Notes under the pieces: model-generated
The model's database searches: none
The model's input: the letters and a program-made list of their open reading frames with translations, nothing else
Told to the model about the DNA's origin: nothing
Translations under genes and position numbers: made by a program
Shown: piece by piece, positions 1 to 12,339 of the stretch
How positions within the stretch are numbered: the stretch's first letter is position 1
Layout: the number at the start of each line of letters is the position of its first letter
Assembly: GCA_034780895.1 (NCBI GenBank)
Contig: JAUZTB010000074.1
Coordinates: 11,629,127 to 11,693,126 of the forward strand
From: Rhynchobatus australiae
Taxonomy: Eukaryota
Direction: 5' to 3'
DNA: 64,000 bases

Positions 1-299
1 TCTCTGTATCACAGGTAACTCCTGCATTACAGCCGTTCTAGTGATGGAAAACTGCCCTGATAGAATTCACAAATAGTGACAGAAATAGTGATAGAACCCA
101 CAAACTTGAGATACGGAATAAAATATGCTTCCATGGAATATATGTGAAAAAAAGTATATATATTAACACCAAATTTGCTTTCAATTCACATTTCTTGATT
201 CATGCGTAAATGACACGGCTTCACGTTGTGGAAAATCATGATATGGGCTGTTTTCTAGGAACCTACCCCTGTAATGAACTACTGACCCCTTTAGTTTCT

Positions 300-515
300 C
301 TCATCTGTCACCCCTCAGCTTACTGGCCTACAACTGACCAGTGTCTCCGTTTTAAAATTCCCATCCCCATATTCAAATCATTCCAAGTCCTCAAACTTCG
401 CTATCTCTATAATCTCCTCCCTCCATTTGAAACTCTTAGTGTTCATCCGATTCTAACCTCTTGTACAACTGTGATTGGAAACATTCCACATCTTCAGTTG
501 CTGAGGCTCTAAATG
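300..515 (+). mobile_element. Degraded L2-like LINE 3' fragment
   Basis: ttttaaaattcccatccccatattcaaatc...ctatctctataatctcctcc resembles the L2 ORF2 C-terminus (FKILILVFKSL...YLCNLL); similar to 62560-62935. Confidence 0.5.
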
Positions 516-1132
516 CCAGATTTCAACTCACCTCACCTTTAAATTGAAACCAACCTTGTTCACTACATTAAAATTTCTTCTCAATCAACTCAACCTTCAG
601 CTAAGATTGAAGAATGTGAGGAAAGAAATGACCTTGATTTTTCAAACCATGAGTCGTCTTTATTTGCATGGAGACAAATCTGACGCAGGGTGTAGGTGGT
701 AACTCGAACATTTAGATAATGACCTCTTAAGAGGGTTATTTCCCTAAAGTATGCATTCAGATTTAAGTCCAAAACATCATCAGCCGATTTGCTTAAACCA
801 TGAGCAATAAGGCATCAGCATGTGATACCATCACGTGTCATTCAAGCTAGTTAAAAAATAAAATGATAAATAAGATTGCATGGAAGCTCATATTTATGTA
901 ACTGTGTTATTCTATGACTATCTGTCAGCTTCATTGCATCACATCTTGGTCATGTATTCAAAGAACCATGGTGTGGTTACTGCTTTGTTTTGTTGATGGT
1001 GCCTGGGGTGGATACTGTTAGGTTTGGTGAGGATGGAAGAGGTAATTTTGACCATGTAAGGTCCGGAGCGTGGAGCAGGTCAATTGCTAATCCTGGTGAA
1101 GGAAGTGAGCAGTGTTTATTGCTCTTTTGCAG

Positions 1133-1324
1133 GCCCCGTGGCTGTGATGAGTGGTGAGGAAGACTCCGGCAGCCCTCTCCACCACATTAATCATGGGATT
1201 ATCACACCCTCATCCATGGATGTTGGACCAGACGCAGTGGTTATTGGGATGACCCGGATCCCAGTGATTGAAAACCCCCAGTATTTCCGGCAAACCCATA
1301 ACCTCGGGAAGCATCCAGAGACAT
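1133..1324 (+). CDS. NTRK3: NTRK3 (TrkC) internal exon, cytoplasmic juxtamembrane region with NPQY Shc/PTB docking site
   Basis: Acceptor gctcttttgcAG ends at 1132; donor GTaagt starts at 1325; 192 nt, phase 1/1. Peptide (G)[63 protein letters not shown] closely matches recalled human Trk[64 protein letters not shown], and fits TrkB (GPASVISNDDD...ISNG...QYFG) less well. Confidence 0.96.
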
Positions 1325-1859
1325 GTAAGTGCAAATATTTTTGAGTTCTGTACATCTTTTGCATTATGATCCGGCACGTTACACTGTGAATAGTAACTGT
1401 TGGGAACACGGTTGCATGCCAAAGCACCATAACAATGATATGGCAGCCAGTAACAGCAATGAACCACAGGTCCGTCCTCGTTTCTGAGAGCAGATTTTAA
1501 TCTGTACATGAGTGCCTTCAGAGGGAGTACTCCTATGGTGTGTGAAATCCAATCAGATCAAACTTTGGTAAGCAACTAAATGGTTCCTGAAATGTGCTGT
1601 GACAAAAGGGTCACATGAACTAAATGTGCAATAAATAGTAACACATACATTGAAGTTAGGATTCCCAACATTGTATTCCAATAATAAAGTGATTGTCACG
1701 ATAAAGTGAGGTAAGCCCGGCCACATATCAGAAGATCCTCAGAGCAGCATGGGTTCAATGGGCTAAACTGTCTCCCGTGACCACAGACATTTTATGAAAT
1801 TATATCAGGTTAGTGCAAGAAGGAAAGCAAAATATACCACAGGAATTGCCAGTAACCCA

Positions 1860-3605
1860 TTCCTGAAACTTAATTGAGTCCGGAGGGAATAAATGTACAG
1901 CTGAAACATTGAACAAGGACTGCTGTGTCTGTCTTCCTGAAAGAGGACAAAGAGAAATAGGAGAGAGCTTCAGATTGGGAGTGAAGGAAGAGTTCAGAGA
2001 AATTGTCATGAGTAATAAAATATAACATTGGTGAAATTAATGGAACTGAAAGATGATAAAACCCCAGCACTGATGACCACAGGGTTTCGAAGGAGGAGGC
2101 TATGGAGATAGTGGAAATGGTGCTGGTTGTTATTTTCCTGAATTCCATCAANNNNNNNNNNNNNNNNNNNNNNNNNNNNNNNNNNNNNNNNNNNNNNNNN
2201 NNNAGCAAAGGAGGGAGAGGGAAAATGGGAATTTATGGACCAGTTAGGCTGACATCAATAGCAGGGAAGACATTGGAATGTATTTTTAAGCAAGTGAAAA
2301 CAGTGGACTTAGAAAATAATAAGAAGACTGGGCAGAGTCATCATGGGTTTATGAAAGGAAAATCACATTTGACAAACCTGAGTTCGAACGCAGGAGGACA
2401 GATAAAGGCAAACCAGTTGATGTAATGTATTTGGACTTGCGGAAAGCCTTCAGTAGAGTTCATGTTATTGGAGCTAATATACTGAAGGGGACTGAGAACA
2501 GCAAATAGATAGATAAAATATCAAAAATCTATAATAAAAACAGAAAAGGCTGGAGAAACTCAGCAGGTTAGGGAGCTTCACTTTCCACAGATGCCGCCTG
2601 ACCTGCTGAGCCTTTCTGGCCTTTTCTAGCATCATCTCATGATGATGGAAAGCTGGGTGGTGGTGTGAGATGTGTGGATGATGCAGAGAGACTTCACTGG
2701 GATGTAGACAGGTTAAGTGAATATGCAAGGTCAAGGCACGTGGACTATAATGTTGGAACATGTGAGGCCAGCTGTGCTGGTAGGAAAAATAGAAAGAGAT
2801 TATTTTTCAAATGATTAGAGAAAGAAAGGTTCAGTGGTCCAGGGTGCCCTTGTACATGAATTACAGAAAGTTTATATTATGTTCAGCAAGCAATTCAGAA
2901 CATAAACAGTAGGTTGGCCTTTATTACAAGGGAATTTGAGTAAAAGTATAAAGGTCCCTGGGTGAGACTGCATCTGNNNNNNNNNNNNNNNNNNNNNNNN
3001 NNNNNNNNNNNNNNNNNNNNNNNNNNNNNNNNNNNNNNNNNNNNNNNNNNNNNNNNNNNNNNNNNNNNNNNNNNNNCATCTGAATATTGTATACAGGTCT
3101 GGTCTCCCTATATAAGGAAGGGTATACTTGCAATACAAGGAGTGCAGTGAATGTTGATCAGATTGATTCCTGGAATGGCAGGTTTATTATATGAGAGATT
3201 AAACAGACAGGGCATATAAACTCTTGTGTTTAAAAGACTGAGAGGTAATCTTATTGTAACAAATGAAATTTCCAAGGGCTTGACTGGGTTGGTGTCAAGT
3301 TGATGTTTCCCCTGGCTGGGATGTTTTAAAACAGATTAGAATCTCAAAATAATGGCCATTCAGATCCCAGATGAGAAGAAGGTTCATCACCCAGAGAGCA
3401 GTGAACCTTTGGAATTCACTACCCAAGACGGTGGAAGGCTCACTTGCTGTATATAGACAGAGATCTGGAGAATTTTTTTGATATTAAGGAAATCAAAGAA
3501 TATTGGTTTAGTGCAGAAATATGCACCAAGGTAATTGTTCAGCTGTGATCGTACTAAATAACAAAGGGCTGGAGAGATACTCATGGTCTATTTCTTATGT
3601 TCTCT
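1860..3605 (+). mobile_element. CR1-family LINE, degraded ORF2 (RT) through 3' tail
   Basis: Broken translations GIYGPVRLTSIAGKTLE, GQSHHGFMKGKSHLTNL, EYCIQVWSPYIRKGILAIQGVQ are CR1 RT hallmarks; tail tttcttatgttc near 3595; interrupted at about 2530-2630. Confidence 0.9.
2530..2630. mobile_element. Penelope-like palindromic element remnant inside CR1
   Basis: Inverted arms ctggagaaactcagcaggt ... acctgctgagcctttctgg; centre deleted compared with copies at 50440 and 56337. Confidence 0.65.
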
Positions 3606-3942
3606 GGTAAAGGTTATTCAGCAAAAATACATAAAAGCTAAGTAATTTTTTTAAGTTAATTTTTTCAAACTTCAATCTCAGAAAGTAAACTTTTCCACTG
3701 CCTTAAGGGAGTAACCTGGACAGATTTCCTATCTATCCATCCTCACAAACCATTGTCCCTCGTAACATCGGTTTCATCTGGGAATCCTTAAAGTTCACAC
3801 ACATGTACTTGTCTCCAACAAAAATAAAATCTATGGAGGGAAGGGACAGTAATTCAAGGCATTTTACAGCTCATTTTACCGCAACAACTTTTTAAAAGAG
3901 TTCTTTGAAATTGCAGTCAGTGAAAGCAAAGCATCTGCTCAA

Positions 3943-4250
3943 GCCCAGGCTACTCACAGATGCTCAGGCTCAGCTCTGGGTGCGCATCATGCACCAGGGC
4001 CTGGACACCCTAAGGACCCAGGCCTGACGTCCATGGGACCTCCAGGTCCTGGGCATGTCAGTGGACCCCTGGGTCAAGTGTTGGCTAGGCCCCAGGTCTG
4101 ACATCAGTTGAGGCCCCCAGGACCTGTGCCCAATGTAACATGGGTCACAGGGATCCAACTCCAATATTGGGTGGGCCCCAGGAGCTGGGCCTGACTTTAT
4201 GTGAGAAGTGAGGACACAGGCCTGAGTCCAGCTGTTCTCTGAAGCCCTGT
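3943..4250. repeat. GC-rich degenerate tandem repeat
   Basis: Recurring gg(a/g)cccagg(t/c)ctg units roughly 22 bp apart. Confidence 0.55.
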
Positions 4251-4365
4251 GCTTGATATCAGATGGAATTTACAGGATTCAGAAGGCTTTACAGGAAAAT
4301 TGGCATTTCATTATCAATGTCATTCGGGACCACAACTTTCTTTTCAGATATGAGAAGTTCAGTAC

Positions 4366-5105
4366 ACAGAACAGTACAGCACAGGAACAGGCCTTCAATC
4401 CATGGTGTTGTGCCGAACTAATTAAGCTAATGACACCTAATCCCTCCTGCCTTCATGTTGTCCATATCCCTCCATTTTCTGCATATTCATGTGCCTAACT
4501 AAGAGCCTCTTAAAGAACTCTATTTTATCTGCCTCCACCCCCACCCTTGGCAGCACATTCCAGGCACCCACCACTCTCTGTGTAAAAAAATGTGCCCCAA
4601 ACATCTTTGAACTTTCCCTCTCTCACCTTAAATACATGCCCTCCAGTATTAGACATTTCAATCCTGGGAAAAAGCTATTGGCTGCTTACCCTATTTCTGC
4701 CTCTTATAATTTTATAAACTTCTATCAGGTCTTCCTTCTGCCACTCCTGAGAAAACAACCCAAGTTTGTCCAACCTCTACTTATAGCACATGCCCTCTAG
4801 TCCATGCAACATCTTGGTAAACCTCTTCTGCACCCTCTCCAAAGCTTTCAAGTCCTTCCTATAATGGGGTGATCAGAAATGTATGCAATACTCCAGATAC
4901 AGCCTAAACAGAGTTTTATACAGCTGCAACATAACTTCCTGACTCTTGAATTGAGTGCCTCGACTAATAAATGAAAGCATACCATATGCTTTCTGTCCCA
5001 CCGTATCAACTTCTGTGGCCACTTTCAAGGAGCTAAGTACTTGGACCCCAAGATTCCTCTGTACATTAGTGTTGTTAAGGGTCCTGCCATTAACCGTGTG
5101 CTTTC
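4366..5105 (-). mobile_element. CR1-family LINE 3' fragment
   Basis: Starts with the reversed tail acagaacagtacagcacaggaacaggcc, then reverse ORF2 C-terminal motifs (gcaatactccaga, ccactttcaaggagct). Confidence 0.88.
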
Positions 5106-5896
5106 ACAGTACAATGTCGGCCTGCTGAGAAACCTAGAACTCATTTCCAAAATTGAGTTCCAGTGAAGGGAAGGTGGCCAAATTTGGGAAACAGATTAAA
5201 TTCGCATAGACCATGCATGTTACCACATATTTAGCACGTGATGCTGAAGACAAATTTCTACCTCAATACTAGTTTTGTTAAATCAAATGAAAAATGGTAT
5301 GAAATTGATGAAAAATTCTTAAAACCAGTTGGTGCATATTTTGTTTAATTATGTAATGATTCTTTCAGCTTTTGAACTGCTGCGTATCAATGTCTGTGTA
5401 GATGTGCATTATTTTTACAGTGAGTGAAACCACTGGCAGCCAGACAGTGAGGCAATTACTCCCTGGAAGGGGGGAGATGGCGGGGAGGAGATGGAAACTG
5501 CAAGTGTAACTGATTTGGGCAGGGATCCTGGTAAACAAACATGCCAACTAAAAAATTCAAATAAGTTTCGACATCCCTAAATGGTGGAAATTCATTAAAA
5601 ATTTACAACTGAAAAGCGGCTCACAGCTAAAACCACTTCTTCATGGTTAATCAATAACCTAAGTTCCCATTTATGGTTAGATTTCCAGATTTATCAGAGT
5701 GTTTCAGATGAATGTTCTGCAATGCTGTTATTTTCCTTTGCAAGTTAAAACCCATCAATCTTCTAATGTGCTTCATTGCTTATTACAACACAAAAAGTGG
5801 CCATTCAGTCTGTTAAGTCCATGTTACCTTCCAGCAGTACAACCCATCCCCCTACATCCCTGTAGCCTTACAATGTAGACACAGTAGTGTAACACA

Positions 5897-6048
5897 GCAG
5901 GCACGGTAGTATAGCGGTTAGCGTGACAATATTATAGCGCCAGCAACCCGGGTTCAATTCCTGCCGCTGTCTGTAAGGAGTTTGTAGGTTCTCCCTGTGT
6001 CTGTGTGGGTTTCCTCCGGGTGCTCTGGTTTCCTCCCACATTCCAAAG
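5897..6048 (+). mobile_element. tRNA-derived elasmobranch SINE (HE1/V-SINE-like), 5' part; runs into a gap
   Basis: Pol III A-box-like tagtatagcgg, B-box ggttcaattcc, then V-domain-like gtgggtttcctccgggtgctctggtttcctcccaca. Confidence 0.88.
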
Positions 6049-6339
6049 NNNNNNNNNNNNNNNNNNNNNNNNNNNNNNNNNNNNNNNNNNNNNNNNNNNN
6101 NNNNNNNNNNNNNNNNNNNNNNNNNNNNNNNNNNNNNNNNNNNNNNNNNNNNNNNNNNNNNNNNNNNNNNNNNNNNNNNNNNNNNNNNNNNNNNNNNNNN
6201 NNNNNNNNNNNNNNNNNNNNNNNNNNNNNNNNNNNNNNNNNNNNNNNNNNNNNNNNNNNNNNNNNNNNNNNNNNNAATCCTACACTAATCCTGTTTTACT
6301 CCTCTCACACTCACATCAACTCCCACCAACGCACTAGGA

Positions 6340-6790
6340 GCAATTTATCTACCAACTGCACATCTTTGGGACATGGGAGGAAACTGGAGCATCTGAGGGA
6401 AACCCACATGGTCACAGGGAAGACATGCAAACTCAACACAGGCAGCACTGGAGGTCAGGATTGAACCCAGGTCACTGGAGCAGTGAGGCAGCATTTCCAC
6501 CAGCTGTGTCACTCAGCTTCACATTTCATCAACTCTCTCTCACATGAGCATCAACTCCTGCTTCATTCTCTTGCCACCTACCTGCATTGAGGGGCAATTT
6601 ATCACAGCCACTTACTACCAGGATGTGAGAGGAAATCAGAGGACCCAGCAGAAGCCACCATGTAGTAAAGGGGAGAACGTATACTCCATACCAACAGACC
6701 CAAGGTCAGGATCAAACCTAGCAGCTAAAACTAAAGCCCTCCTTGGAGTTGTGAGAGAGCATTGCTAACTGCTGCATCACCAAGCCACCC
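6340..6790 (-). mobile_element. Two V-SINE-like copies, reverse strand
   Basis: gggaggaaactggagcatctgagggaaacccac...caggattgaaccc (6375-6470) and a more decayed copy at 6620-6790. Confidence 0.75.
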
Positions 6791-6815
6791 ATTACAGTTG
6801 GTAGTTATACAGATA

Positions 6816-7145
6816 GAAGCATTTGATGGCTCTGGGCCTGTACTCGATAAGAGTTCAGAAGGATGAGAGGGGATCTCATTGAAATCTGCTTAATACTGAA
6901 AGGTCTGGACAGAGTGGACATGGAGAAGAAGTTTCCATTAGTAGAAGAGTCTAGAGTCTGAGGGCACAGCCTCAGAATAAAGGGACGTCCCTTTAAAACT
7001 GAGGTGAGGAGGAATTTCTTCAGCCAGAGGGTGGTGAATCTGTTGAATTCATTGCCATGGAGGGCTGTGGAGGTCAAGTCATTCAGTATATTTAAGGTGG
7101 AGCTTGATATGTTCTTGATTGGTAAGGGGGTTAAGGAATGTGGGT
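6816..7145 (+). mobile_element. Relatively young CR1 LINE fragment
   Basis: Encodes ALGLYS.EFRRMRGDLIE...GHSLRIKGRPFKTEVRRNFFSQRVVNL; close to the copy at 23430-23730. Confidence 0.9.
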
Positions 7146-7149
7146 AAAA

Positions 7150-7420
7150 GGCTCCCACCGCACCTCCCAAACCTGTGACCACTTCCACCAAGATGTAGAA
7201 GGGGAGCAGGCAAATGGAAATGCCACCACCTGAGGGTTCCTCCAAGTCACACACCATCCTGGTTTGGAAATGTATCATCATTCCTTCATCACTGCTGCAC
7301 CAAATCCTGGAAGTCCCTCCCCAACAGCACTGTGGGAGCACTTTCACTGGAAGGCTGCAGTGACTCAAAGGCAACTTGAGATAAGCAATGAGTGCTGGCC
7401 TTGCTGGCTGCCCTGAAAAT
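7150..7420 (+). mobile_element. 3' end of a second elasmobranch LINE (CR1/L2-group)
   Basis: caagtcacacaccatcctg...aaatcctggaagtccctccccaacagcactgtggg...tgctggccttgc; same tail reversed at about 60240-60300. Confidence 0.6.
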
Positions 7421-10400
7421 TAGTAAGTAAAGAAATAAATAAAGGCCAAACATTTTTAATAGCCTGATCACACAATCAGCATCTGCATAACGCTTGCCCA
7501 ATGCCCTCGCTCAAATAATTCAATCCTCAGGTCTTTAGCACATTCAAGTCTTGAGTGCTCCAAGTTTCAGAAGCTAGGATAGATAGAACGGGTGCTNNNN
7601 NNNNNNNNNNNNNNNNNNNNNNNNNNNNNNNNNNNNNNNNNNNNNNNNNNNNNNNNNNNNNNNNNNNNNNNNNNNNNNNNNNNNNNNNNNNNNNNNNNNN
7701 NNNNNNNNNNNNNNNNNNNNNNNNNNNNNNNNNNNNNNNNNNNNNNNNNNNNNNNNNNNNNNNNNNNNNNNNNNNNNNNNNNNNNNNNNNNNNNNNNNNN
7801 NNNNNNNNNNNNNNNNNNNNNNNNNNNNNNNNNNNNNNNNNNNNNNNNNNNNNNNNNNNNNNNNNNNNNNNNNNNNNNNNNNNNNNNNNNNNNNNNNNNN
7901 NNNNNNNNNNNNNNNNNNNNNNNNNNNNNNNNNNNNNNNNNNNNNNNNNNNNNNNNNNNNNNNNNNNNNNNNNNNNNNNNNNNNNNNNNNNNNNNNNNNN
8001 NNNNNNNNNNNNNNNNNNNNNNNNNNNNNNNNNNNNNNNNNNNNNNNNNNNNNNNNNNNNNNNNNNNNNNNNNNNNNNNNNNNNNNNNNNNNNNNNNNNN
8101 NNNNNNNNNNNNNNNNNNNNNNNNNNNNNNNNNNNNNNNNNNNNNNNNNNNNNNNNNNNNNNNNNNNNNNNNNNNNNNNNNNNNNNNNNNNNNNNNNNNN
8201 NNNNNNNNNNNNNNNNNNNNNNNNNNNNNNNNNNNNNNNNNNNNNNNNNNNNNNNNNNNNNNNNNNNNNNNNNNNNNNNNNNNNNNNNNNNNNNNNNNNN
8301 NNNNNNNNNNNNNNNNNNNNNNNNNNNNTGTCAAACGCTCAAATGCGCTTACTGAGTTTCACCATCAATAATTAGAATCCAACTTACTTATGCCATTGAA
8401 CATTTAGTCTGTGAAATACCCCCCTCAGATCCTGTGCCGGGTTAGACCTGGATTGACAAGTCTATTCATTTCAATGAGAATGTTACTGCTGTGCGGAAGA
8501 AAATTAAAGTGAGATAATTTACATATTTTTTAATTGGCTTTGTTTTGTTGTTTTTAGTAATTTAAAGAAGCAGCTTAAGTAATTTAGTTATTTTTAAAGA
8601 TGTTAATTTTTAAATTTAATTGATTTTCTCATGGTTTTTTAAATGCTTCTGAATTCTAGGGACATTCAGGGGTGTTGAAAAAAACAACAGCTTTAACAGA
8701 TAGCAGTGCTAAAGTGTGACTTTGCCAACGGTCAAAAGTTTTCACAGCTGTTCTGTGCATTTTGCAAGTTGTTTTTTAGAGATACATATCAGGTAAATCC
8801 GAGAGAATTGAGTATCTCTGCTGTGAATTCAGGTGGTTGGCCACAATGAGCAAAATCCAGGCCAGAAGCTTATGTAGTGTTCCAATGTGATATAAGCAAT
8901 GTCATGTACATATTCAGCTTGTTATCATCTCCTGTTCAGTCCTGGGTTGCATAAAATTCACCTATTCCATTTCCATCTGGATACATATATCTATGTAATT
9001 TCATTCTACAATCTGTTCCTTTGCTCCCTTCAGAATCTTATTTTGAACATTCTTAAATTCTAAATTGTATTCATGTTTCCCCTCACTGAAATGCACCAGC
9101 TAACTACCTGCCTTCTCTGCTAACCTGGAAAAAACAGTGTTTACAGCACAGAAGTTCAGACCATCGCGGCTCTCAGCAGGGTGGCATACCCTCANNNNNN
9201 NNNNNNNNNNNNNNNNNNNNNNNNNNNNNNNNNNNNNNNNNNNNNNNNNNNNNNNNNNNNNNNNNNNNNNNNNNNNNNNNNNNNNNNNNNNNNNAAAGAC
9301 CAGGGGACTTGGCTCTCTCTGAATGACATACACATCTAGTCTCAAAACCCTCCACAGGTTTTTACAGGCACTTCTCCACTCCCTTTAAAAAGTAATTATA
9401 GATTCTGCTTCCATTACCTTCTTCTGCTCAGATATTCCATGTGGGCAGAATTTCCTCGATTTGCCTTATCAAAACAGCTCACAATGTTGAACATCTGTCT
9501 ATGTTCTCTTGCAGTCCCTTGCGTTTTTTTTTCCCACAGTTTGATGTCGACTAACTTCCATATTATTCTTTTCATGCTTGTGTCTGAAGCTTTTTCATGA
9601 ATAGTAAACAAAAGAGGCTCTTGTGCAGAACCACAGTGCAAAACAGGAGTCACTAAGCCAAAGAATATCTATTTATTCTTTCCTCTGCTTTCTGCTCCCA
9701 TACATCTCTCTATCCACAGAGCTACATTCTCTGTAATACCAAGCTCCATAGCAAGTCAATATTTGGATCTTTTGAAAATTCATATGTACAACGGGGTGGA
9801 TATCTGACTTCTGTTGTAAGCAGTAAATTCATGTCAAGCTCTGCTTCTGAAATTTGCTTTTATTTAAGTAAATGCAATTAGTTAAGTTAGCCAAGCAACC
9901 TCTGTTTTTCAAATTCTTGCTGGTTGTCTGCCCACACATGCAACACCAACATTTGAAAATGCTGGAATACATGACAGATCATTCAGCATCTGCATGGAAG
10001 AGAAACGAGTTGATGCTGACCATATGGTAGTGTCAGGAAGTTATTTCACCATGAGGAGTTAAGCAGCAGGGAATTCCACTACAAGCTGGAGTGAACTTGG
10101 AGCAGACAAAATGCAAGTCTCTTACAAATGAGTGTAGCAGCAAGAAATTGCCAACAATGATCAGGAGCTGAAGGACGCCTCTGAGTTACGGTGTTTTTAT
10201 GGAGTTTTGATTATTTTGAGGGTCAAACATGGTGATGATTATATGAGGTCCTCCAGTTTAACTTGACTACATTCAATGCATGATGTCAGTGTTCTTTGGG
10301 GCTTGGCAGCAAAGTTCCTAAGCTGCTGGTGATGTACTATTACACATCAGTGATGCTCTGCATAAGCACATTAACATCACAGTGACAGACGGAGTATAAA

Positions 10401-11574
10401 CGGTCAGGAATTTTTAAAGGGCGATTACAATATTTTGGGTTAAGACCAACTGGAAAGAAGAGCAACCTGACTGTCTGTCCCCATCAGCAACATTACAGGG
10501 TGAGTTGGCTCAGGAACTGCTCCAGGTCCGACAGATGTTTCTTGGTAGTTAAAATTCTGCCAGAAATGGTCCAAATGGATTCAAAAGCCTTTGGCTGCAG
10601 TCTTGTTTCACAAGTAACTTTGCCTATGAGGCACACAGTGATGTTATCATCCAGACATTGTGATGATCCAATTTCACTGAATCCGAGCATTCATATCGAG
10701 GATGTAGAGCAGTGCCTGTTAAACACCTGAAAATTATGAAAACTTTGAAATACACTCTGACCTTGCTTAAGCTGACCCCATTAATTTTTTATGTGGCATT
10801 GCTGGCTGCCTGATTTCCCAGCCCAAACCTGATGAATGATGGTGGCTCCATCAGTATCTTTACTTATCAAACAGTGAGTAAAACAGCTCATTGCAAAAGA
10901 TGAATTGAGACATTGAAAATCTGCTCCCCAGTCACCAAGACCTACTTTCATGTAATGTTTTTGTATTAAAAACTTACACTTGACATTTGAATGGAACTTT
11001 AAAATTCAATCCCTGACTAGAGCAGTTGTTTGGAAAACCCTTATTGAACTTTAAAATGATAAATTGTAGTTAGTACTTTAGTATCGAGAGAAATATATAT
11101 TGAAGTGAACTTTAATTTTCTAGGTGTTGATTTTAAGTTGTGATTACTGGTCACTCAGCAAAAAATGTTATTAGGTTATTATGGGTCAATTTATTAAAGT
11201 GTTGTGTTTGGCTCGGAGCCACTGTAAACCCTGCAGTAGCCCCAGAGCCCTCCTTAATATCTGAGCTGAGATTGTACTTTGGGACAGAGCAGTCAGCAGA
11301 AAGTGCCTGGCAACTATTCTTCTACTTAAAAACACTGCAAACGCTGCAGGGGACAGACTTACCACAAGCACTGCAATGGGCAGAAAATACAGCACAGGTA
11401 CTGCGACAAACAGAATTAATTCTACAGCTCTATTCCAATGGATGGAAGAAACAGAAAGTGTCAGAAATTAACAGCATGGGTACAAAAATCAATCAACTTA
11501 ATTCTGTGAATAAGAAACAAAACAATAAGCAATATAAGAGGCAGAGATTGTACCCTGAATCTATAATGGGCAGA

Positions 11575-12300
11575 AATAAGAACATGAGAAATAGAATTAG
11601 GAGTAGGCCAAATGGTCTCTGAGCCCGCTCTACCATTTGTTCGATCCTGGCTGATCTTGGCCTCAGCTTCACATTCCTGCCTGTTCTCTGTAACCTTGAC
11701 TCCCCTATAGTCCAATCTCTTATCCATCTATCTCAACTTGAATATAAAGGCTCTCCAGATTACAGAAGACCTGACTTATGGAAATCTGGCTGTACACAAA
11801 TTCTCCCACAATTTTTTAAAGAGATTTTTAAGATAGTAACATTAATAATGAAATGTTTTGTTGCATTCATTAACAACTGGATATGGTATATGTTCCATTA
11901 GTTTAATATTGGGTATTGTTAGGGTGAACATAGAATATATTTGAGGAAATGAAAGAGCAATAGGAAGTGCATGCAGAGTGATACAATTGGAGTAGCTGTG
12001 GAATGGATGTTTCTGACACGGAAAAATCAGTTTATGGACTGTTCTCAGGAACGGAACCCTTGTGTAAGAGACTGCCTGTATATTCAATGACGGTCTCCAC
12101 AGGTCATTGGGTGAGAGAATTCCAAGGATTCAAAACTCTTGAGAAAAATTCCTTCTCACCTCTGTCTTAAACGTCCAGTCATGTCAAGCTCCATCCCTAG
12201 CCACCCAGAATCATTCATGCTTCAATAAGATCACCTCTCTTTCTCAACTCTGTTAGTATAGGCCCAGCCTTTCTTCATAAGACTCTTTTATACCAGTAAT
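11575..12300 (-). mobile_element. CR1 3' tail split by a MITE
   Basis: ataagaacatgagaaatagaattaggagtaggcc...cttgaata [insert] tattcaatgac...ttcaataagatcacctct. Confidence 0.8.
11747..12078. mobile_element. Tigger/pogo-like (Tc1-mariner) non-autonomous MITE
   Basis: Flanked by TA (11745-46 and 12079-80). Left end aaggctctccagattacag..ctgacttatg; right end gtaagagactgcctg (reverse complement caggcagtctcttac). Host CR1 resumes after it. Confidence 0.65.
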
Positions 12301-12339
12301 AGAATGAACACCACTAACCATGAATAGAAATAAATGAAT

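Noticed and set aside
1084-1344. ORF-track 86-aa protein as a standalone gene
   Set aside because: Its ends are intron read-through; only 1133-1324 is bounded by splice sites and homologous to TrkC.
1992-2025. TTCAGAGAAATT (FREI), identical to the recalled human T1 exon start
   Set aside because: Lies within CR1 ORF2 sequence and has no polypyrimidine tract.
5897-5965. tRNA gene
   Set aside because: A/B boxes run straight into a SINE body; multiple copies; no cloverleaf.
7555-8371. Long ORFs (also at 14598, 20902, 38245, 52473)
   Set aside because: Made almost entirely of N gaps.
10500-10730. ORF ending VML...LNPSIHIEDV, resembling amniote T1 IML...LNHGIYVEDV
   Set aside because: Short match, only weak phase-1 acceptors, no FRE start or RHGF end, and upstream of the better candidate at 37615. 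Probably chance, though worth a tBLASTn.
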